From NCBI GenBank assembly GCA_016777845.1, contig JADHQS010000001.1:3573-67572 (forward strand): DNA of 64,000 nt, written 5' to 3'. Positions 35,136-46,129 of the stretch are shown piece after piece. A program made the position numbers and the translations under genes. Source of the stretch: Candidatus Actinomarina sp. GTDB lineage: Bacteria; Actinomycetota; Acidimicrobiia; Actinomarinales; Actinomarinaceae. The first letter of the stretch is position 1, and the number at the start of each line of letters is the position of its first letter. Under the pieces are notes generated by a model, which did not search any database, was not told the origin of the DNA, and worked only from the letters and a program-made list of their open reading frames with translations.

Positions 35136-35571
35136 GATAATTGAAAAATCAACAATTGAATTAGCAGAAAAGTTGGCAAAATTAGAAAAAAATTTATTTG
35201 AGTCTGCTTGGGATTGTGTTGTGATTAACAACAAAATTAATAATGGAGAGTTTGTATATTGGGTTTTTGAGCAAGACAATCAAATTGTTGGATATCTTGC
35301 AATTCAAAAAACATTTTTTGATATTCATATTTTAGGAATTGGAGTTTTGGAAAGTCATAGAAATAATTCAATTGCAAAAAGTCTTACACAGGAACTAATT
35401 TCTTATTTTGAGGTATCTGATTTTAACAAAATATTATTGGAAGTCAGGCAGTCAAACGATATAGCTATGAGTTTGTATAAGTCATTTGGATTCAAGCAAT
35501 ATGGTGTAAGAAAAAATTATTATGTAAACGAAGATGCTAACTTATTTCACTTGGAAAAAATTTATGCTTGA
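35128..35571 (+). CDS. rimI: Ribosomal-protein-alanine N-acetyltransferase (GNAT)
   Basis: LEVRQSN, LYKSFGF, RKNYY; context. Confidence 0.88.
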   Translation: MIKIIEKSTIELAEKLAKLEKNLFESAWDCVVINNKINNGEFVYWVFEQDNQIVGYLAIQKTFFDIHILGIGVLESHRNNSIAKSLTQELISYFEVSDFNKILLEVRQSNDIAMSLYKSFGFKQYGVRKNYYVNEDANLFHLEKIYA

Positions 35572-36565
35572 TGACCAAATAATTCTTGGATTTGAAACAT
35601 CATGTGATGAAACAGCTATTGCGATATTAAAAGGTGATGAGTTATTAGTAAATACAATTTCATCACAAGTAGATATACATGAAAAATTTGGAGGTGTAGT
35701 TCCTGAAGTTGCTTCAAGAGCACATGCTGAAATGATAAGAAATATATTCCATTCTTCATTAAATAGTGCAAATTTACAAATTTCAGATATTGACATAGTT
35801 TCAACTACAGATGGCCCTGGCCTCGTTGGAAGTCTTGTAGTAGGATATAATTTTGCTAAGTCAGTAGCTTGGTCCATAGATAAACCATTTTTCACTGTTG
35901 ACCACATGGTAGGACATTTGGCAGCACCATTAATTGAAAATAGAACAATGAAACCTCCATTTATGACACTTTTAGTTTCAGGTGGCCATACACAAATTGT
36001 ACTTGTAGAAGAGTGGGGTAATTACCAATTATTAGGTACAACGATAGATGATGCAGCGGGAGAAGCTTTTGACAAATTATCTAGGTTTTGTGGATTCGGT
36101 TTTCCAGGAGGTCCAGCAATTCAAAAAATTGGTGAAGGTGGAGATCCTAATAAAATAAACCTTCCTCGGCCCAAAACAAAGCATGAATACAACTATTCAT
36201 TTTCAGGCTTAAAAACTGCCGCAACAAACTTTTTGAATAACCTAGATCCAAATGACAAAGTAACAAAAGCTGACTTTGCTGCATCTTACCAAGAGGCTAT
36301 TGTTGATTCATTATTATCAAATTTTGTCAAAGCAGTCAATGAAACAGGCGTTAAAAATATTTCTGGAGGTGGTGGAGTGATGGCTAATTCAAGACTAAGA
36401 GAAAAAATGAATATTTTTGCAGTAGATAATAATCTTAATATTTACTTACCAACACCAAAATTATCAACTGATAATGCAGCAATGATTTGTGTAGCTGCCC
36501 AAAATAATTTAATAACAAACGAGATAAATGCTGATGATGTCCGTTTAAGTTCAATAATTGCTTAA
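35564..36565 (+). CDS. tsaD: tRNA N6-threonylcarbamoyltransferase TsaD
   Basis: GFETSCDET, GGVVPEVASRAH, VSGGHT, DDAAGEAFDK, TDNAAMI. Confidence 0.98.
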   Translation: MLDDQIILGFETSCDETAIAILKGDELLVNTISSQVDIHEKFGGVVPEVASRAHAEMIRNIFHSSLNSANLQISDIDIVSTTDGPGLVGSLVVGYNFAKSVAWSIDKPFFTVDHMVGHLAAPLIENRTMKPPFMTLLVSGGHTQIVLVEEWGNYQLLGTTIDDAAGEAFDKLSRFCGFGFPGGPAIQKIGEGGDPNKINLPRPKTKHEYNYSFSGLKTAATNFLNNLDPNDKVTKADFAASYQEAIVDSLLSNFVKAVNETGVKNISGGGGVMANSRLREKMNIFAVDNNLNIYLPTPKLSTDNAAMICVAAQNNLITNEINADDVRLSSIIA

Positions 36566-36646
36566 TTTTTAAATAATTTATTTACATATATAAACAAGAC
36601 AGTATTAAATTCACAATGTAGATATTTATTTAGGAGGTAAATATAT

Positions 36647-36940
36647 ATGAATCTTCAACCATTAGGAGACAGAGTTGTAGTAAAACCTTTGTCAGAAGAA
36701 GACAGTAAGACCCCATCAGGGATCTATATACCTGATACTGCGAAAGAAAAACCACAAGAGGGTGAAGTTGTAGCAGTTGGTCCAGGAGAGCCAAATGATA
36801 GTGGCGAAAAAATTAAACCAGATGTTGAAAAAGGCGACAAAGTCGTTTACTCAAAATATGGTGGTACGGAAATTAAAGTTGAAGGCATAGAGTATCTTAT
36901 TCTTTCAAGTAGAGATATTCTTGCAAAAGTTAGTAAATAA
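36647..36940 (+). CDS. groES: Co-chaperonin GroES
   Basis: [27 protein letters not shown]. Confidence 0.99.
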   Translation: MNLQPLGDRVVVKPLSEEDSKTPSGIYIPDTAKEKPQEGEVVAVGPGEPNDSGEKIKPDVEKGDKVVYSKYGGTEIKVEGIEYLILSSRDILAKVSK

Positions 36941-38581
<1,641 letters not shown>

Positions 38582-38602
38582 TTAATTTACATCTAAGAAT
38601 TA

Positions 38603-38632
38603 AAAAAGAGTGGACATCAGTCCACTCTTTTT
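38603..38632 (+). terminator. Intrinsic terminator after groEL
   Basis: AAAAAGAGTGGAC-atca-GTCCACTCTTTTT. Confidence 0.88.
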
Positions 38633-38650
38633 ATATAGTAAACAAATATT

Positions 38651-38995
38651 ATGAAAAGCATACGTGGAGCAATTGCAGTTGTAGAAAACAATGAAGAAAG
38701 CATTATGTCTTCTTCAAAAAAACTTATTAATGAAATTCTAATTAATAATGCAATAACTGAAAATAATATTGAATTTGTTATTTTTACAGTAACTTCCGAC
38801 ATTACTGAAGCTTTTCCAGCAAAAGCATTTCGAGAGCTTGGAATGACATCTATTGCCGCAATAGATACTCTTGCACCAAATATAAATAGTGACCTTTCAG
38901 GGTGCATTCGCATATTGATCTACCTAAATAAAGATTTAGAAGAAATTAATCATGTTTATTTAGAAGATGCCAAAAAGTTAAGACCTGATAGATAA
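38651..38995 (+). CDS. aroH: Chorismate mutase, AroH (Bacillus) class
   Basis: IRGA, FPAKA.R, CIR, HVYL, LRPD. Confidence 0.92.
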   Translation: MKSIRGAIAVVENNEESIMSSSKKLINEILINNAITENNIEFVIFTVTSDITEAFPAKAFRELGMTSIAAIDTLAPNINSDLSGCIRILIYLNKDLEEINHVYLEDAKKLRPDR

Positions 38996-39003
38996 AAATT
39001 TAT

Positions 39004-39030
39004 TTGCAAAGCTAAATAGTCTGCTAACAT
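39004..39030 (+). promoter_or_regulatory. Putative promoter for aro leader (extended -10)
   Basis: TTGCAA then TG-c-TAACAT ending 8 nt before leader ATG. Confidence 0.5.
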
Positions 39031-39038
39031 ATTTGTTA

Positions 39039-39083
39039 ATGAAATTAAATAACGCATATTTTTACTTTAGAGAGCACATATAG
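39039..39083 (+). CDS. Tyr/Phe attenuator leader peptide (14 aa MKLNNAYFYFREHI)
   Basis: Consecutive TAT TTT TAC TTT codons, followed by alternative hairpins and a terminator before the DAHP synthase gene. Confidence 0.82.
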   Translation: MKLNNAYFYFREHI

Positions 39084-39106
39084 GTCGCCCTAAAGTACGT
39101 TGTGTG

Positions 39107-39132
39107 AAATCGGGCAAAAGCCCGATTTTTTT
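39107..39132 (+). terminator. Attenuator terminator of aro operon
   Basis: AAATCGGGC-aaaa-GCCCGATTT plus T tract, 19 nt before the aroF start. Confidence 0.88.
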
Positions 39133-39151
39133 ATTTTGAGGAGGAAAAAAA

Positions 39152-40165
39152 TTGATAGTAGTAATGAAGCAGTCTCATACAGAAGAAGATATTGAGAAAG
39201 TAAAACAAAAAGCAATACAGCAAGGACACGAACCACTAGTTATTAACGGTGTTGAAAGAAGTGTTGTTGCTGTTAGTGGAAAAGTAAATGACGATCATAG
39301 AGCCGTTATGAAGCTTTTACCGAATGTAAGTAGAGTTATTCCAGTAGGAAAACCATATAAACTTGCAAGCAAAAACTACAAAAAGGAAAATTCCATAATT
39401 CAAATACAAAATTTAACTATTGGTGGTGATGAAATCGCAATTATTGCTGGTCCAGATAGCGCAGAGACACAGGAACAAACAATTGAAACTGCAATGGCTG
39501 CAAAGGATGCAGGATCAAATGGTTTGAGAGGTGGTGCATTTAAACCAAGAACTTCACCATATAGTTTCCAGGGATTGGGCGAAGATGGATTAAAAATGCT
39601 AAAGGAGGCCTCCGAAATTACTTCATTACCTCTTTTTAGTGAAATTATGGATGCTCAACATTTGTCAATGATGGAAAAATATGTAGACGTTTTACAAATT
39701 GGTGCAAGAAACATGCAAAATTTTAAACTCCTCGAAGCTGTTGGTGAATCAGAGTTGCCTGTATTGTTAAAACGAGGGATGTCTGCAACATTGGATGAGT
39801 TATTACTTGCAAGTGAATACATCTTATCCAGAGGAAATGAGAATGTTATGTTGTGTGAAAGAGGGATTAGAACATACGAGACAGCCACAAGGAATACATT
39901 TGATATAAATGCTATTCCTTTTTTGAAGCAGAACAGTCATTTACCTGTAATTGCTGACCCTAGTCATGCGACAGGCGACAATACTTTAGTTGAACCAGTT
40001 GCTTTAGCGGCTATAGCTGCCGGGGCTGATGGATTATTAATTGAAATTCATCCAAGGCCGGATGAAGCTTTATGTGATGGTCCACAAGCATTACTACCTA
40101 GCGAATTAGAAACTTTGATAAACAAAGCATCGATTGTCGCAAAGGCGGTTGGAAGGTCACTTTAA
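39152..40165 (+). CDS. aroF: DAHP synthase, class I-beta with N-terminal regulatory domain
   Basis: MIVVMK N-terminus, RGGAFKPRTSPYSFQG, QIGARNMQNF, DPSHA. Confidence 0.94.
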   Translation: MIVVMKQSHTEEDIEKVKQKAIQQGHEPLVINGVERSVVAVSGKVNDDHRAVMKLLPNVSRVIPVGKPYKLASKNYKKENSIIQIQNLTIGGDEIAIIAGPDSAETQEQTIETAMAAKDAGSNGLRGGAFKPRTSPYSFQGLGEDGLKMLKEASEITSLPLFSEIMDAQHLSMMEKYVDVLQIGARNMQNFKLLEAVGESELPVLLKRGMSATLDELLLASEYILSRGNENVMLCERGIRTYETATRNTFDINAIPFLKQNSHLPVIADPSHATGDNTLVEPVALAAIAAGADGLLIEIHPRPDEALCDGPQALLPSELETLINKASIVAKAVGRSL

Positions 40166-41001
40166 TGCTAAAAAAAGTTCATATTATTGGTCTTGGTTTA
40201 ATGGGAACTAATTTGGGAATCAAGTTGGTTAATAGTGGCATTAAAGTTAGCGGATCTGATATTTCAGAAAAAAATGTAGGACGCGCAAAAGATTTTGGTG
40301 CTATTTCGTTGAAACATAAAGAATCAATAGATTATGATCTTACTGTTCTGGCTACACCCATAAATGAAATTATCAACTATTTTGATTCGAAATTATCTTT
40401 GAAAACAAAAGCTATTGTTGACCTGGGAGGTACAAAAGAGCTTATATGTAAAAAAATGGATACATCTACGATTCCTTCAATAGGTGGACATCCATTATGT
40501 GGTATTGCTGATAATAGTACGTGGGTACCGACTCCTGAAATGTATGAAGGTGCACCATTTTTGCTATGTGAAACAAAATCAACAGATAAACAAAGCAAAG
40601 CACTAGTTTCAGAATTTGTACGAGCTATTGACTCCAAAGAAATATGGATTGATCAATCTAAACACGACGAGTTAATTTCTTTGACTAGTCACTTGCCGCA
40701 TATTCTAAGTTCCGCCTTAGTGTCGCTTGCTATGAAAGAGCAGGATTTAAACGAATTGATAAATTTAGCTTCAGGTGGTTTTGATGGAGCTACTCGTCTA
40801 TCTAGGACTTCACCAAATATGATTTCTGATATGTACTTAACAAATGTTGACAATGTCAAAGATTTAATAGATAAATTAATATCAGAACTTGAAAAAATTA
40901 AAAAAATTAATGACGAAAAAATTATGTTAGATTATTTGTCAGATACTGTTGATTGGCGTAGGGCGCTAGCAGATAAATTTGGAGAAAGAGACCTCACATA
41001 G
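40165..41001 (+). CDS. tyrA: Prephenate/arogenate dehydrogenase
   Basis: IIGLGLMG, GGHPLCG, HD..ISLTSHLPH, TRL. Confidence 0.92.
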   Translation: MLKKVHIIGLGLMGTNLGIKLVNSGIKVSGSDISEKNVGRAKDFGAISLKHKESIDYDLTVLATPINEIINYFDSKLSLKTKAIVDLGGTKELICKKMDTSTIPSIGGHPLCGIADNSTWVPTPEMYEGAPFLLCETKSTDKQSKALVSEFVRAIDSKEIWIDQSKHDELISLTSHLPHILSSALVSLAMKEQDLNELINLASGGFDGATRLSRTSPNMISDMYLTNVDNVKDLIDKLISELEKIKKINDEKIMLDYLSDTVDWRRALADKFGERDLT

Positions 41002-42269
41002 TGAAAATCCAAGGATCTTTAAGTATTATTGGTGACAAATCTCTTTCTCATAGAGCAGTAATTCTCTGTTCTTTAGCAACTGGAGTTTCAAATATTAAAA
41101 ATATTTTATTGTCAGGAGATACTAAAGCTACGATACAAATTTTTAGACAATTAGGTGTAGAAATAAATGAAACAAAGAACAATGAAGTGGAGATTCACGG
41201 AGTAGGGTTACATGGCTTAAAACAACCTAAAGATTCACTTGATGCAGTAAATTCTGGTACAACTGCAAGGCTTCTTATAGGTCTACTGTCAAAACAAAAT
41301 TTCAGCACTGAATTAACCGGTAGTTCTCAATTAATCAAACGCCCAATGAAGAGAGTAGTTAGGCCGCTCAATGAAAAGGGTGCTGATATAAAAGATTCCA
41401 ATGGTAAATTACCAATTAAATTTGAACCAAAAGATTATAAATTTGAAAGTATTCATTCAGATAAACCGAGTGCACAAGTTAAAAGTGGATTTCTTCTTGC
41501 ATCACTATATCATGATGAATTCCCTACGACTGTTACTGAAGAGTTGCCAACAAGAGATCACACTGAACGAATGTTAAATTTAATGGGAGTAAATACCGTT
41601 AGACTTGGTAATTCTATAACATTAGAGCCTGTACAAAGCCTTAGAAGTATGGATTATATTGTTCCTGGAGATCCTTCTTCAGCAGCTTTTTTGATAGCAC
41701 TTGGGCTAATGAAAAGTAAAAAATTAATCATCAAAGATGTTTTACTTAATGAGAGAAGAATTGGATTCCTTAAGATATTAAAGAGAATGAACGCAAAAAT
41801 TACAATCGAAAATTTAGAAATCAAAAATAATGAATCAGTAGGAGATATACATGTTTCAAAATCTAATCTCTCTGCTATCAAGGTTAGTAAAGAAGATGTA
41901 TCTGACATGGTAGATGAATTTCCAATATTTACCCTTTTAGCAACTCAAGCAAAGGGATTAACTACCGTTAGTGGTGCAGGCGAGTTGAGACTAAAAGAAT
42001 CAGACCGTATAGAATCTATGGAAAAATTTATTAAAACTCTTGGTGGAGAAATAGAGGTTAACCCTGATGGGTTTAAAGTTAACGGTCCTCAAAATCTCAA
42101 ATCAGGACAAATTAAAACTTTTGAGGACCACAGAATAGCTATGACTGGTGTAATTGCAAACCTAGCAATTAATGATGGAATTAAACCAGATAACATAAAT
42201 TGTATTTCAGATTCATACCCTAGTTTTTTTTCAGATCTTGAAAAAATTGGAGCAAATTATGACAATTAG
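41001..42269 (+). CDS. aroA: EPSP synthase
   Basis: DKSLSHRA, NSGTTARL, SAQVKS, RDHTE, KESDR, DHRIAM. Confidence 0.98.
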   Translation: MKIQGSLSIIGDKSLSHRAVILCSLATGVSNIKNILLSGDTKATIQIFRQLGVEINETKNNEVEIHGVGLHGLKQPKDSLDAVNSGTTARLLIGLLSKQNFSTELTGSSQLIKRPMKRVVRPLNEKGADIKDSNGKLPIKFEPKDYKFESIHSDKPSAQVKSGFLLASLYHDEFPTTVTEELPTRDHTERMLNLMGVNTVRLGNSITLEPVQSLRSMDYIVPGDPSSAAFLIALGLMKSKKLIIKDVLLNERRIGFLKILKRMNAKITIENLEIKNNESVGDIHVSKSNLSAIKVSKEDVSDMVDEFPIFTLLATQAKGLTTVSGAGELRLKESDRIESMEKFIKTLGGEIEVNPDGFKVNGPQNLKSGQIKTFEDHRIAMTGVIANLAINDGIKPDNINCISDSYPSFFSDLEKIGANYDN

Positions 42270-43053
42270 ATTAGGGATAATTGGTTGGCCATTAATAAAG
42301 ACATTTTCTCCAAATATACATCAAACTCTCTCTGAGATTTCGAATATTGATGTTACTTATAAAAAATTACCAATTGAAAATTTTACTTTAGATATCTTTG
42401 AAAGTTTAAATAATAATTTTGATGGATATAACGTAACAATTCCTCATAAAGAAAACATTTATAACTTATCTAAAGAATTAAAAAATGTTTCGAGGTCATT
42501 AGCAGTTGATAATATTAAAGCTGTAAATACCGTAAAAGTAGATGACAATATTGTTTCATTATTAAACACAGATGTGGATGGTATTAATCAAACTTTTGAA
42601 TTTTTAAATTTTGATATTAATGACAAACATGTTCTTATTCTTGGTAGTGGAGGAAGTGCTCAAACTGCACAGTATACGTTATCAGAAAATAATAAGGTTT
42701 ACATAGTGTCTAGAAATAAAAAGTATGGAGACTTAATTTATTCAGATCTTAATGAGATTTCTGGTGATATTGACGTCATTATAAATACTACGCCACTTGG
42801 AATGCCACCATATGAAAACGAAAAACTTCCAATAAGTCTTCTAAATTTCTCAAAATTAGAATTGTTCTATAACTTTGGATATGGCGTATCAAAGAAATTA
42901 ACAAGTGAACTTCCTAAAAATGTAATATCAATTGATGGAACAATAATGTTAATTGCTCAAGCAATTTCATCGTTTAACATATGGACAGGACAAAGTATAA
43001 AGTTTAACGAAGCTTACAAGGAAATATTAGAAAGGATAAATCATGAAAATTAA
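42259..43053 (+). CDS. aroE: Shikimate dehydrogenase
   Basis: NVTIPHK, AVNT, NTD, GSGGSA, NTTPLGM. Confidence 0.93.
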   Translation: MTIRLGIIGWPLIKTFSPNIHQTLSEISNIDVTYKKLPIENFTLDIFESLNNNFDGYNVTIPHKENIYNLSKELKNVSRSLAVDNIKAVNTVKVDDNIVSLLNTDVDGINQTFEFLNFDINDKHVLILGSGGSAQTAQYTLSENNKVYIVSRNKKYGDLIYSDLNEISGDIDVIINTTPLGMPPYENEKLPISLLNFSKLELFYNFGYGVSKKLTSELPKNVISIDGTIMLIAQAISSFNIWTGQSIKFNEAYKEILERINHEN

Positions 43054-44224
43054 ATATTTGACTGCTGGTGAGAGTCATGGACCAGAATTAACAGCAATTA
43101 TAGAAGGCATTCCATCAAATTTTGAAGTAAGTAAAAGTTATATTGACGAGTTTCTAGCAAGAAGGCAAAAATCTTTAGGTTCTGGCGGAAGAATGAATAT
43201 TGAACAAGATGAGGTTTTAATTACTTCTGGTGTCATTAATAATATATCAACTGGTGGTCCGATAGCAATAAAGATAATCAATAAAGACTGGAAAAATTGG
43301 AAGGATAAAGAAATAGAACCTTTCGTAGTTCCTCGTCCAGGACATGCTGACTTAGTCGGGACATTTAAGTATCAACATAATGATATAAGACTTACACTTG
43401 AAAGAGCAAGTGCTCGTGAAACTGCAATTAGATGTGCAATTGGAGCTATCTGTCATCAAATTTTAAATCAACTTGGAGTTGAAGTTGTTGGTTATGTTTC
43501 ATCTATTGGCGAGCAAAAGTTAGAAGATATTAATTTAGAAGACATAGGTCAAATTAAAAAACTTGTTGATGAATCTGAAGTTTCCTGTCCAGATAAGGAA
43601 ACAAGTGAATTAATGATAAATGAAATTTTAAAGGCAAGAAAGAAAAAAGACACTTTAGGTGGCTCTATAACATTAGTTGCAAAAAATTTTCCTGCAGGTT
43701 GCGGTAGCTATGTTCATTTTGATAGAAAGCTAGATGCAAAACTTGCCTCATCAATGATGTCTGTACAGAGCGTTAAAGCAGTTGAGATTGGAAGTGGTAT
43801 AGAGGCATCTAAAGATTTTGGTACTACAGTACAAGATCAAATAGTTTTAAACGAACAAAATGTTGAACGAATTACAAATAATTTAGGTGGATTTGAGGGA
43901 GGCATGTCAACTGGAGAGCCTATTATGATAACTTCTTATTTAAAACCTATAAGTACAACTTTGACTCCCATAAAGAGCATTGACTTGGCATCACAGAAAG
44001 AGACAGAAACTACCTATGAAAGGTCTGACACCTGTGCTGTCCCTAGAGCTGTACCTATTTTTGAAAGTGTAATATCTATAGATCTTTTAAATTCCCTGAT
44101 TGAAAATACAGGCGGAGATAATAAAGAAGTAATTTTTAAACGAATTAATGAAATAAAAGACATAACTCTTGATAGTTTTAATCTGGCTAATAAAACATGG
44201 TCCATGAAATATGAAAATGAATAA
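43043..44224 (+). CDS. aroC: Chorismate synthase
   Basis: TAGESHG, PRPGHAD, ERASARET, ERSD. Confidence 0.98.
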   Translation: MKIKYLTAGESHGPELTAIIEGIPSNFEVSKSYIDEFLARRQKSLGSGGRMNIEQDEVLITSGVINNISTGGPIAIKIINKDWKNWKDKEIEPFVVPRPGHADLVGTFKYQHNDIRLTLERASARETAIRCAIGAICHQILNQLGVEVVGYVSSIGEQKLEDINLEDIGQIKKLVDESEVSCPDKETSELMINEILKARKKKDTLGGSITLVAKNFPAGCGSYVHFDRKLDAKLASSMMSVQSVKAVEIGSGIEASKDFGTTVQDQIVLNEQNVERITNNLGGFEGGMSTGEPIMITSYLKPISTTLTPIKSIDLASQKETETTYERSDTCAVPRAVPIFESVISIDLLNSLIENTGGDNKEVIFKRINEIKDITLDSFNLANKTWSMKYENE

Positions 44225-44711
44225 TTCATTTTATTTATGTGGGTTTATGGGTGTTGGTAAAACTACGATTTTAAACAACATTAAAGAACAAACTAAATAT
44301 AGGTGTATTGATTTGGATGAAAGTATAGAGAATAAGTTTGGTCAAATAGAAAATATTTTTGAAGAAAAAGGAGAGACTTTTTTTAGGGAAATTGAAGAAA
44401 AAGAATTTTTTGCAAATCAAAACAAATTTGATTTAATTTCTTTAGGTGGTGGTGTGATAGAAAATGACAATATTTTTGAGAATTTACTTAAAAGTCACAA
44501 AACCATTTATTTAAGTCTTAACTTTGAAAGCCTTTGGGAAAGAATTAAAAACAGCAACAGGCCATTAATTAGTAACGGAAGAGAAGTTCTTGAAAGTAGA
44601 TATAAAAACAGAATAAAAAGATACGAAATGATGGAATATAAAATTTCCAATGAAAATGTAAAAGATACTACAAGTAAAGTATTAGAAATAATGGAAACTC
44701 AAAATGCCTAA
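44211..44711 (+). CDS. aroK: Shikimate kinase
   Basis: GFMGVGKTT, DLD, GETFFREIE, LGGG, RPL. Confidence 0.95.
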   Translation: MKMNNSFYLCGFMGVGKTTILNNIKEQTKYRCIDLDESIENKFGQIENIFEEKGETFFREIEEKEFFANQNKFDLISLGGGVIENDNIFENLLKSHKTIYLSLNFESLWERIKNSNRPLISNGREVLESRYKNRIKRYEMMEYKISNENVKDTTSKVLEIMETQNA

Positions 44712-45696
44712 AAATATTTACTTAAACCGAACTGAAGAATTAATCAAACATATTAATGGAGAATTATCAAATGAGAGCTTAATTATTTTGGACTCTGCTC
44801 TCGAGCAATTTCAATTACATAACAACTTTAATGCAAGCCATGTTTATCTAGAAGTATCTGAAGAAACAAAGAATTTAGAAACAATTGAAAAAATTTGGGA
44901 AATAATGTTTTTATCAAATTTAAATAGGTCACATGAAGTAGTAATTATTGGAGGTGGGGTTATGCTCGATCTCTGCTCTTTTGCTGCAAGTACATACAAA
45001 AGGGGTGTTGCCTTCACATTAGTTCCGTCTACTTTATTAGCTATGGTTGATGCATCTCATGGAGGGAAAAACGGTTTTAATAATGTTCATGGAAAAAACC
45101 AGATTGGAACTTTTAATTTGCCAAAGAGTGTTGTTGTGTGTTTTGAACTTCTTAACACATTGAAAGATAATGATTATAAAGATGGATTAATTGAGCTTGT
45201 AAAACATGGACTAATTGGAAGTAGAGAAATATTTAATGAATTGGTTTTTACAGAAAATTTCAAAATAGATACTAAGACAATCAAAAAAGGAATACAGATC
45301 AAAGAAGATATCGTAAAAGAAGATTACTTAGAAACTGGAAAAAGGAAATATTTAAATTTTGGACACACAATTGGCCACTTAATCGAGCAAGATTCGAAGT
45401 TCAATTTATCACACGGTGAAGCAGTCGCTATAGGAATAATTTATGAACTCGAACTGTCAAAGAAACATTTTGGATTACCACAAGAGGTAATTGATTTATA
45501 TATATCGTATCTAGAAAAACTTAATTTCAAGAAATCATATAAATTTGAAAACAATATCGATTACTTATTAGAAATCTTAAAAGATGATAAAAAAAGCAAA
45601 TCTGATTCTGTAGATATTGTTTTATTGTCAGATATATCACAACCTAATTTAATTAGTATAAGTTTTGATGAATTGATTGAGGTGATTCAAAATTAA
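44704..45696 (+). CDS. aroB: 3-dehydroquinate synthase
   Basis: GGGVMLD, TLLAMVDAS.GGK, LNFGHTIGH, HGEAV. Confidence 0.96.
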   Translation: MPKNIYLNRTEELIKHINGELSNESLIILDSALEQFQLHNNFNASHVYLEVSEETKNLETIEKIWEIMFLSNLNRSHEVVIIGGGVMLDLCSFAASTYKRGVAFTLVPSTLLAMVDASHGGKNGFNNVHGKNQIGTFNLPKSVVVCFELLNTLKDNDYKDGLIELVKHGLIGSREIFNELVFTENFKIDTKTIKKGIQIKEDIVKEDYLETGKRKYLNFGHTIGHLIEQDSKFNLSHGEAVAIGIIYELELSKKHFGLPQEVIDLYISYLEKLNFKKSYKFENNIDYLLEILKDDKKSKSDSVDIVLLSDISQPNLISISFDELIEVIQN

Positions 45697-46129
45697 AAAT
45701 ATATACATTATCAATGGTCCCAATCTTAATTTTTTAGGTATTAGAGAAATTACACAATACGGCTCCACAAGTTATGATGAGTTAAAAAATTTAGTAAATT
45801 CTGAAGCTAAAAAGTTAAAAATCAAAACTGATTTTTTTCAATCAAATATTGAAGGCGAAATTGTAAATTATATACAAAATCTAGTTAATAATGAAAATAC
45901 ATGGATTGTGATTAACCCTGGTGCGTACACACATACAAGTATTGCAATAAGAGACGCTTTGCAGACTTACTCACAAAACAATGAAATAGTTGAAGTTCAT
46001 ATTTCAGATATAAATCAAAGAGAGCAATTTAGAAAAATAAACTTAATTTCTGATATTTGCAATAAATCAATTATTGGAAGAGGTGTGCAGGGATATATAG
46101 AAGCACTGGAGTATATTAATGAACAGTAA
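45692..46129 (+). CDS. aroQ: Type II 3-dehydroquinate dehydratase (apparent ATT start)
   Basis: Frame open from 45686: IKNIYIINGPNLNFLGIRE..YG, QSN.EG, INPGAYTHTS, EVHIS; SD GAGGTG 7 nt before ATT. Confidence 0.93.
   Translation: MKNIYIINGPNLNFLGIREITQYGSTSYDELKNLVNSEAKKLKIKTDFFQSNIEGEIVNYIQNLVNNENTWIVINPGAYTHTSIAIRDALQTYSQNNEIVEVHISDINQREQFRKINLISDICNKSIIGRGVQGYIEALEYINEQ

Noticed and set aside
45692..45907. aroQ as a 5'-truncated pseudogene
   Set aside because: Frame is uninterrupted with all motifs; only the start codon is non-canonical
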